From positions 1 through 35,811 of IMG/VR virus record IMGVR_UViG_3300032087_006369: 35,811 bases of DNA; one strand, written 5' to 3'. The stretch's first letter is position 1; each line of letters opens with the position of its first letter. The notes under the pieces were generated by a model, which saw nothing but the letters and a program-made list of their open reading frames with translations, ran no database searches and was not told where the DNA came from. Position numbers and translations under genes: made by a program. This DNA is from a virus. Its lineage: Duplodnaviria > Caudoviricetes. Below are positions 1-9,700 of this stretch, one piece after another.

Positions 1-1
1 C

Positions 2-628
2 AAGGGAATGGTTCCTTCAACAGGAAGTTTTCCAGAATCTCAAATTACTGCACTTCGACCAGGAGATATTAAACTTGAAATACCTAATGAGCTTGGAATG
101 TTTTCAACGATTGAGGGTGAAGATGGGTTTAATATCCAAAGCTTTAGCATTTCTTTACCTCTTAGTCGTACACCAATCGAGAGAATCGGATCAAGGTACG
201 CATTCTCAAGAGCTGTGGATGTACCAGTAACAGTATCAATGAGTGTTAATGCATTAATCGGCGAGCTTGGCACAGGAAATCTTGCAAAACTTATCGATGA
301 TTGTAACGAATACAATGTAAGGGTGAAAATTAAAGCTCAAGCTTTATGTGGAACTCCATATACCAGCGAAAACCGTACAGATGCTATGATTTTCGATTTT
401 AAGGGAGCAAGGCTTGATAGCGAATCCATCTCATCAGATATCGGAAGTAACAAGAGCGTTGATCTTTCTTGGAGTGCTCAATTAGGGGGTCTTGAAGATC
501 TCGATCATGGTGTATTTATATCTGGATTGAATAACACTAGAATTCCAGAACCATCACCAATTCCTGGAAGACAGAACTTGAAAGAGTATATAACGAGACC
601 AGATGATGCCCTTCTTGGAGAAGGATAA
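2..628 (+). CDS. Major tail tube protein, C-terminal part (5' truncated by window edge)
   Basis: Frame is open from base 2 (AAG GGA ATG...). Beta-rich sequence IQSFSISLPLSRTPIERIGS...VSMSVNAL...FDFKGARLDSESISSDIGSNKSVDLSW fits a tube fold; it lies directly upstream of a terminator and the TMP. Confidence 0.65.
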   Translation, partial: KGMVPSTGSFPESQITALRPGDIKLEIPNELGMFSTIEGEDGFNIQSFSISLPLSRTPIERIGSRYAFSRAVDVPVTVSMSVNALIGELGTGNLAKLIDDCNEYNVRVKIKAQALCGTPYTSENRTDAMIFDFKGARLDSESISSDIGSNKSVDLSWSAQLGGLEDLDHGVFISGLNNTRIPEPSPIPGRQNLKEYITRPDDALLGEG

Positions 629-656
629 TAAAAATTAATAAATACAACTAAACTTT

Positions 657-688
657 AAACCCCCATTTTTTGGGGGTTTTTTGTTTTT
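657..688 (+). terminator. Rho-independent terminator
   Basis: Perfect 9-bp stem AAACCCCCA (657-665) / TGGGGGTTT (671-679) with a T5 loop, followed by a T-rich tract, about 30 nt after the tube gene stop. Confidence 0.85.
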
Positions 689-690
689 AA

Positions 691-718
691 GTGTAATTCC
701 TATTTAAGGAATAAGGTT
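691..718 (+). promoter_or_regulatory. Putative phage late promoter / translation-initiation motif GTGTAATT...AGGAATAAGG
   Basis: Lies just after the terminator and before the TMP ATG; a similar arrangement recurs at 14559-14582. Confidence 0.45.
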
Positions 719-3700
719 ATGCCAATAAAAGTTAATGTAGTTCAAAAAGGGTTAGAGGAGTCCATACAAAGGGCTACTAAAAACATTAATTCAAAAGGTT
801 TGCATGTCAATATAAATGACAGGCAATTTACCAGACCTTTAGGGAAAATAACTGGTTCAGTAAGCGAGTTCAATAAATCCTTAGAAGCTTCGAATGCTCG
901 TGTTTTAGCATTTGGAGCATCTGTTGGAATCATTCAAGGAGTCCAGAGCGCATTTAAAGCATTGGTTTCTAGTGCTATAGAAGTAGAAAAAAAGTTGACA
1001 GAAATTAATGTTGTAATGGGATTAACCTCGAAACAACTAGAGAATTTTGGGTCAAAATTATTTGATGTAGCAAGAAATACTGCTCAGAGTTTTTCGACCG
1101 TAGCCTCTGCTGCAACAGAATTAGCCAGACAAGGTCTTACAATGGAAGAGACTTTAAAGAGGACAAATGATGCCTTGATACTCACAAGATTGACGGGGTT
1201 GGATGCAGCCTCTGCTGTAAGCGGATTAACAGCGGCTTTAAATACTTTTAATAAAGCAGGGCTTGACTCAACTCAAATTTTAAGCAAAATGGCTGCGGTT
1301 GATGTTCAGTTCGCGGTTAGTACAGAAGATTTAATAGATGCAGTTTCAAGAGCTGGAGCTGTTGCGAATGACGCTGGTGTAAGTTTTGATCAATTAATGG
1401 GAGCTGTAACTGCAGCTCAACAAATGACCGCAAGAGGAGGTAAGGTGATTGGAAATAGTTTTAAGACTATATTTACTAGAGTCCAGAGGTCAAGTACTAT
1501 AACAAGGCTCGAGGAATTGGGCATAGCTGTAAGAGATATGATGGGGAATACACTGCCCGCAATAAGTGTATTGGAAAATTTAGCAAAAACATATGACACT
1601 TTAGCTGATACCACAAAAGCCGCTGTTGCAGAACAAGTAGGTGGCGTATTCCAAATTAATATTTTAAAAGCAGCAATAAAAGATTTGTCAGAAGAAAATA
1701 GTATTTTGGCTAGAGCTACACAGCTGTCTTCTCAAGCAACAGATGAAGCTTACAAGAAAAATGAATTATTAAATCGATCATTAGATGCATTGGTAAATCA
1801 GACAGGTGCTAGTATAAAAGAATTGGCGGCTACAATTGGTGAAATTGGATTTTCTGACAGTATGAAGGATTACCTGTCTTTTATCAATGATCAAATTAAA
1901 GGACTTTCTAATTTATTAAGCGAAGACAAAGGAGAAAAAGACGGCACAAATTATTTTAAAGGTTTTATTTCTGGTTTAGGAAAGGTAATAATGGGGCCTG
2001 GGTTGGCTGCGGGATTGGTTGTATTAACAAGCCTTGCAGCAAAAACATTTGCATTTCTGGGGGGAAGTGTTAAGGAGTTGCTAGGAATGGTTTCCGCAAG
2101 TCAAAAACAAAAACAAATACAAGAATCAATAGTCGCTGTATTGGCAGAAAATTCTGCACTTCAAGCAAAATTATTATCACAGGAAGGAAATAGAGCTGCA
2201 CAAGAAAAAACGATATTGGGGTTACTACAAGCTCAAGCTAGAGAACAGGCAAGAATATCTTCATTGGCGTCTAGAGTTGCTCCAGCAATCGCTCAAAGAG
2301 GTTATGGGGCTAATCTACAGAGAACCAGAGCTGATGGACACATTCCAAATTATGTAACCAAAGAAGAGGAAATAAGAGAAAGGCAGGGTGCAATTAAATC
2401 TGGATATACCCCAGGAAAAATAAAATCGATGATGCTTCCTGGAGAAGGAAGAGTTGTTTATAATTCTTCCGAGAATGTTAAGAAATTTGCAAATTTAAAT
2501 CAGCCTGCCATTATGCCACCTGAGTCAAGTGTGGCTGGTAGAAAGTACAAATCAAAATTTAAAAAGAAACATGGTTTTGATCCCTACAAGAATGATGGAC
2601 TGGTCCCAAATTATTATCAAGCTGCAGGAGCAAGCGCTAGCTTCGGAAATTTCACGGCGTCACAAGCTTTTGGTTACGGCTGGCACGGTCCAGGGGGGGC
2701 TAGGAAATCTACAAGTAGTGGGAGTGGCGGAAGTCAGCCAAAGGGTCGGTTGAGAATCCCTAGGGGTGGCGGAGGAAGTGGAACCAGAGGCCTTTCATTT
2801 ACTTCAAGTGAAGGGTTTGTGCCAAATTTCATGAAGTTAAGTGCTTCAAGTTTGAAATCAATAAAAAATTTGCAAAGCAAAACTGTTTCTCCCAAAATTA
2901 ATTCTAGTAAATTTGATGAAATCATAACTGACAAAGTTCAATTATTATCATTATTATCTGATAATAAATTTAAATCATTAGAATATTTAACTTCTGGAAA
3001 TAAATTAAAAACATTTCATAGTGCAAGAAATAATGTACATAAGTATAAAAAGGGAGCTGCAGCTCCTAAAGATTATGACAGCTGGAAAGATTTAGATAAA
3101 AAGACAGGGTCTAAAGTTTTATGGGTTGGTTCTGCTGGAGAGAAAGAATCTGGATATAGGAGATTTACATTAGACAAAATATTGAGTGTTATGTCTGGGG
3201 GAAAAAAGTATGGTGTAAATTTATCTTCATTTAAAAATAAATTTCAGGGGATGATTCCCAACTTTGCTTTATCTTCAACCCCAAAAGATCAAAGTGAATT
3301 TTTAAAGGGATTAAAAGAATCTAATCCTAAATTTTATAACCCTGCAGCAATAGCAAAGTATGAGACTTATAAAAATCCATCAAGATTAAATGATTTATTA
3401 AGAAGCCCTAAAGATACAGTAGATGCGATTAAATATTTAGATAATAATGCATTGCGAAGAATGAAAGAGTATATGCAGAAAAATTCAATGCTGGGAGACG
3501 CAGACTGGAAGGTTGTATCTAGGGTTAACGGCCAAGAAGTATTAGGTTCAAATATTGGGAAAGAAATGAGAACTGCATCTCCAAGAGAGATATTTAATTA
3601 TTTAACTGGTCAAACAGATAGAATTCAGGGGAATATACCCAATGCATTTTTGAGGCTAAAAGATCATTCAGAAAGATCATTAGTTGCAGAAGATATGATA

Positions 3701-6700
3701 GGCAGGAGCGGAATGTCTAAAATAATAAAAGAAGAAATAGATAATATAAAAAGAAATAAAGGCAGACAACATTCTGTATTAAAAGAAGCGAATCTTTCCG
3801 AAAAACAAATCAGTGTTAGAGAACAAAATCAAAAGAAATTTCAGTCCGCATGGCTTAAAGAAAGACAAAGGCAAATAGAGAGTTCAATGCTGGCATCTAT
3901 GGCCTCACAGAATCAATCATCCGTATTTGATCCCAGAAGAGAAAATACTCCAGGTTCATTTAGAAAAAGCTGGAATGAAATGGAATACAATAGGTATTTA
4001 GAGAAAATTAATAATAATATTAGTCCTTCAAAAGCATTCAGGGAAGCTCAATATATATACGATCCAGACCTTTTTAAAAATACTGGTTTAGTAAAAAGAA
4101 GATTGAGAAATAAAGGCCATATTCCAAATTTTGCAAAAATAGCATCTACTGGAGCTCAAAAAATATTAGATAAAAATCCTGAGTTTTATGGAGCAGCAAA
4201 TGATGCAATAAAAAGAGAAGCATCTTTCGGGTTAACACCAAAATTAGTTTCAGCTCCATCTTTAAAAGGATCAAGAAACCCAGGCTTGGCTGTAGTCAAT
4301 CAAGAACAAGAAGGTGGATCCTTGGGGAGGGCAAGGAAATTACATAAAGGATTAAATCCAAAACAAAAAACTTCAGCTGAGAAAGTTCCAAATTATGCCT
4401 TAACCCCTGGAGAAACTAAAGCTGTTTATCATCAGACAATGTATGATGAGATTCCAAAAAGAGGCATGGATGCAATCGAGCAAAGAAAGGCTGCAATAAA
4501 AAGCACTTTGGCTCCATTTTCACAAACAGATCCTATATTAAATAGCCTCAACAAATCTTATGCAAAGCATAATCAATTAATTATGCAATCAAATTTGAGA
4601 GAAAGAATTTCATTAGGTCTATTAGAAAAAGAAAATATAGCAAGACAAGATTTTGCAAAAGGATTTTTAAGAAAAGATGCTATGGCTGCAATAGCTGGAG
4701 GAGGAGGTTCTCAGGCTGCATTGGCTAGATCTTATATGAAATATGACGGCGCTGAAATGATGACCAGAATGTTTACTGAAAAAGGCATGGCTGATAAATT
4801 GGGAGACAAGCAAACATCTAATGCTATCAATAGTTTAATAAAAAATGTAGAAAAACAAACAAACACACTGTCAAATGTTCCAAAAATGCAAGCTCAGGCA
4901 TTAGAGTCTTCAGCGAGAAGGATTAGAGGAGAAAATGCTCTGGATTCTAGATTTACTGGAACACAAGGTTTTAATCCTAGGGTGGCAGAACAATATTACG
5001 GAAAACAATTTTTAGAGAGTAAGGGTATACAACCTTCAAGCAGACAGGAGACAGCTGCAATTGTTTCAAGATTTGGTAGGGAAACCAGAGAGGAATTCAA
5101 AAAATTCATGCAAGAAAAAGGCGTTATGTCATCTAATGCACAGCTTGCAAGAGGCGGTTTATTAAAAGGAGAATTTGCTGGATTAATGAGAAGCCAAAGT
5201 TCTACATTCCTACCAAGACTTTCACAATTAGAGGGGGCTGTAAAAAGCGGTAATACTGCTACTGCTAGAGACTTAAGACGTCAATTAAATCAAGAAGCTT
5301 TAAGACAAGGCACAAGCGCAACTGCTATTGCAAAATTACAAGAAACAATAAAGAATGTAGAGAGAGAAGCTAAACCATCAAGAAGAGAAGGTTATAGGGA
5401 TAGAGGATTATCGATGCAAAGGGGTGGTCAAAATTTCTCTGGAGGCTTTTATTCTGGATTGGGCGGGGGCAGGGACTTAAGTCAAACGGTAGGTGGTAAA
5501 GCAGGCAATTTAGCGGGACGAGTTGCTGGCTCAGTGGGCGGAGGATTGAAAAATTATTTTTCTAGCGCTAATAGATTAATGGCTGGAAATACTGGACTGG
5601 CATTATCATTTGCATTACCAATGATGTCTGGCATGGTTCAGAGCCAAAAACCAAGAGAAGATAGAGGTGTATATAGAGACGGGAATTATGAGATAGAAGA
5701 AGGCAGAGGGAGAGATATTGCGGCAAGCACATTAATGGGTGCTGGAATGGGTGCGATGTTTGGATTACCAGGACTTCTAGTTGGAGGATTGGCTGGATTT
5801 GCAAAAGCAATGTCAGCTACAACTCTTACTATTCAAGAGCAAATCAAAATGAGAGAGCAGGAAATTGCTGTAATTTCTCAAAATGCCCAGGCTTTATCTT
5901 CCATACAAAACCTATCTAGTGCAAGGGCAGAAGCATTTAGGACAGGAAGATCAGATGATGTAGGTAAACTAGATTCTCAGATCAATCAAGTATTATCTGG
6001 AATTACAGAAAAATCTATAATAGATAGAGCTGTTGCGTCAGTTGGAGACCAAGATGCATTATCTAAATTACAAAAAGAGATTGGAGACCAACAAGCCACC
6101 CAAAATAATATACAAAATTTTGCTATGGCAATCAATAGCAAAAACTCAAAAAATGCGGGACTTTCTCTTGCGTCTATTATTTCTCAAAACATAGCTAACG
6201 AATTAACTACTGTTGAGGATATGAATTCTGCTATCTCAGACATTAAAAGGCAATATGCAGAAGCACAAAAAAGCGGAAATTATTTAGAGGGGTCTGAATT
6301 AAGAATGCTTCGAAAAAGGTCCAATAGAGAGGGAATAAGCAACCGTGGATTAGGGATGGCTGGTTTTGCAGGAGTGGGAACTTTTTTAGCTGGGCTGGCT
6401 TTATCAGGTACTGGAGCTGGAGCGTCAATAGGAATCCCTATGATGTTAGCAGCTTCAGGAGCAGCGGCTGGAGCAGGATATGTCGGACAACAAGAAGTTG
6501 ATAAATATTTTGCAGATAAAAAATTAAAACAAGCAGGAGATCAAGGTTTTGATCAAACTTTATGGATGAATAGCCTTGTCAAGAAAGGAGTTTTGAGTCA
6601 AGCAACCATGGAACCTTTATTGGCTGCATTAAACAAAGGAGAGATTAATGTATCTGATATTGCCAAGTATGCAGAAGAAGCTGTAGGCCAAATGCAAATG

Positions 6701-9700
6701 ATAAGGGATAATTCAAATGCTTTTGGAAATAGCATTTTTGATTTAAATCAAAAATTTAAAAATGTTATAAATTCAATGGTTACTGAACTGGAAGTTTCAA
6801 AAATCAATCAATCACAAAATTTAAATTCATTAAAATCTATAACAGATATATCATCAAGGTATATGCAGCCAAATAAGGCAGTACAATACCAAGGCAATCA
6901 AATGAGAAAAATGTTTGATCTTGATGTTTCATATAGAAGACAAAATCAAGCAAAAGAAAATGATATAGCTCTTTTGAGAGAATTGCAGCAAAATATGAAG
7001 CAATTGAATTTAATGCCTACTCAACAACAAGCTATAATAGATTTAATCCAAAAAGAAGGAACTGGAGCTGTTAATTCAATGGCTGACCAGAGGCTACTAG
7101 AAGGCAGATATGATATATCATTAACTGAAAGCAAACTATCTAATATATTTTCGAGATTAGGTTATAAGGGTTCTATCGAAAATCTAGGTTCGGCAGCTCC
7201 AATGGAAGTAACAAAAGATTCTCAACTGGCGGGATTTCTTGGCACTCAAAATATCCAAGAACAGCAAAAGATAATAAACGATTTGCAGAAAAATGCTGCT
7301 CAGTATCTTCAACAAGGATCTTATACTGCCACATTCTCAAGAGACTTGGATGGTCAATCAAGAAAGCTTATGAAAGAAATGCTTGGCAGGCAAGACACTA
7401 GGAATACTATTTTAGAAGCTCAAATAAATGCAGATAGACAAAGCTTGACAATGTCTATAAAGAGAAATGAAATAGAAAATTCTATTAGACAAAAAACTGA
7501 AATGATGTTAGCCTCTTTCCAGACAGAAACCATGAAGGGGGAGAATAGATTAACATCCAAAAGAATTAAATCTAGCGGGGTAATATCAGACCTTCAGTTC
7601 CAACAGTCTGACATGTTTCGGGGTTTCAATAATAATGATCAAGAGAATCAAAGACAAACAGAGATAAGGAAAAAAATATTTGATCAAGAATTTGCAATAA
7701 GAAAAGCTGAGATAGAATCAAGAATGAGGACTGAGGCCTCTAGGCTATTATCTGATCAGAATTTGATATATGCGTTAAACAATTTAGGGGACAGGATCAA
7801 TAGTACATTAAACAAAGAATTAAGTCCAATTGAGCCCAGGCTGCCATCAAATGAACCAACAAAAATGAATGAAGGAAGGAAGGCTGCGGAAACATCATTA
7901 ATACTATCAAATCAAAAAAAGATAGAGGAAGCTAGCTCCAAAGTACAATCAAAGATAGAAGAGAGAAATAAAGCCAAAGTAGAAATCAATAATATAGGAA
8001 GTCAGTTGGATTTTCAAAGGTCAATGGAGAAGCATTCCAGGAATATTGAAAATATTTTCAAAAATGCAAAGTTTCCAGAGGCACCAAAGAGAGGTAACAC
8101 ATTGGCCGAAGATATGTTTGGGTGGATACCAGGTGTTGAAGGGCCCAAGGATCAATACATAAGAGCCTCACAAAAAGTTAAACAGGAAACATCTAGACAG
8201 GCTATACAATACATAGAGGACAATAAGCTAGCTGGTCCATTGGGGTACAGTACAGAAAAAAATTGGAAAGCCAATTTTATGAATAGGAGTACAGGATATC
8301 AAGCAAAGCGATTTGGGGAACAGGCAGATATTTATAAAGTGAAAGGTGATTCCATATCTAGAGATAAACTTATTCCACAAAAAAATAAATTAAATGCAAT
8401 TGAAAAAGAAATTAGCAATACTAGGAATGAAATAAAAAATCTCTCTAACCAGGCACAGCAAAGGGTAATAAAACCTGCTCCTACTCAATCACCATCTGTT
8501 CCTAATGTTAATATTGGGCCAAATAATGGACCAAAGACAGGAGAGCAAGAAGATCCATTTGAATATTATGCAAGTCAAATTGGAATAAAAAAGAGCGAGC
8601 TCTATATGAATCAACTTTCAGAAGCTCAGGGATTAAATGCTCAATTAGATGTAATCGAAAGAGCTATACAGGAAGCAAAACAGAGCGGCGGAGATATGAG
8701 CATGATAAATCAGCTTTTTATGCAACTAGCTGAGAGCTACAAGGGGGCTGGACTTGAGCTGCGGGAGTTTGCTCAGAATTTTAATATTCAAGAAGCCCAA
8801 AAGGCAACTGAAAATTTTGTTTCATCATTAAAAACTTTAAGCGGAGCACAGTCTCAAATTTCTGGAATTAGAAACTTAACTAATTTAACAAGCGATGATA
8901 TTGCAGCACAATCAAGCATATCCAGCATTTCAGCATTAAAAGATCAAATTCAGAAGGAAAAAGAGTATGAGATATTAAAAAATGATCCTTCTGCCACCTC
9001 ATTGCAGAAGGCTGATGCGTTTGCAGCTGCAAATGCACAATCAATCGGTACTAAGGAGCAAAGAGATGAACTTATAGGTTATTTGAAAAAGGAAGACAGT
9101 TTAAAGAGTCAACTTTACAATGCAGAACGCATGGCAAGAACCTCTGGAAATCCTTTTGAGATTTCTCAGGCGCAAGATGAAGTCAGAAGTTTAAAAAATC
9201 AATTAGCTCAATTAGATGATTCTGTCAGGGTGTTGGGTTCTCAACTCGAGAGGACAACTCCTAGAGACAGAGGTGTTTTATCAGAAATAGGCTCTGGAAT
9301 GTCAAGTGGATTAAAACAAGGTTTTGCGCAATTAGAAGCTGATTCAGAAACAATATATCAAAGACTGGGACAACAATTACCTGTGCAGTTAAGAGATGGC
9401 CTTACCGATGCGATGCAAGCCGCAATAAATGGATCTCAAAAATTTGGAGATGCCATGAAGCAAGTTGGTTTTCAATTATTGCAAACAATACAAAGGGCAT
9501 TTTTGCAAAGTGCGTCTAATAGAATTACAGGATTGATTGGAAGTGCATTTAATCTAAAACTAAATAGTGGAGGATATGTCCCAGGAGGCAGTGGGGTGAG
9601 AGATGATGTTCCAGCTTTATTGACTGGAGGAGAGTATGTCATGAAGAAAAGCTCTGTAGAAAAATATGGGGTTAATTTCATGGAATCATTAAACAAGGGG

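Noticed and set aside
2330-4396. Intein, intron, CRISPR array or DGR-type explanation for the TMP repeats
   Set aside because: No intein C/S...HN termini or LAGLIDADG motifs, the frame is uninterrupted, repeats are not identical at DNA level, and no reverse transcriptase or cas gene is present in the window.
8495-8515. PSVPNV as an eighth copy of the TMP motif
   Set aside because: It lacks both the Gly and the aromatic residue, lies in a Pro-rich linker, and is far from the array.
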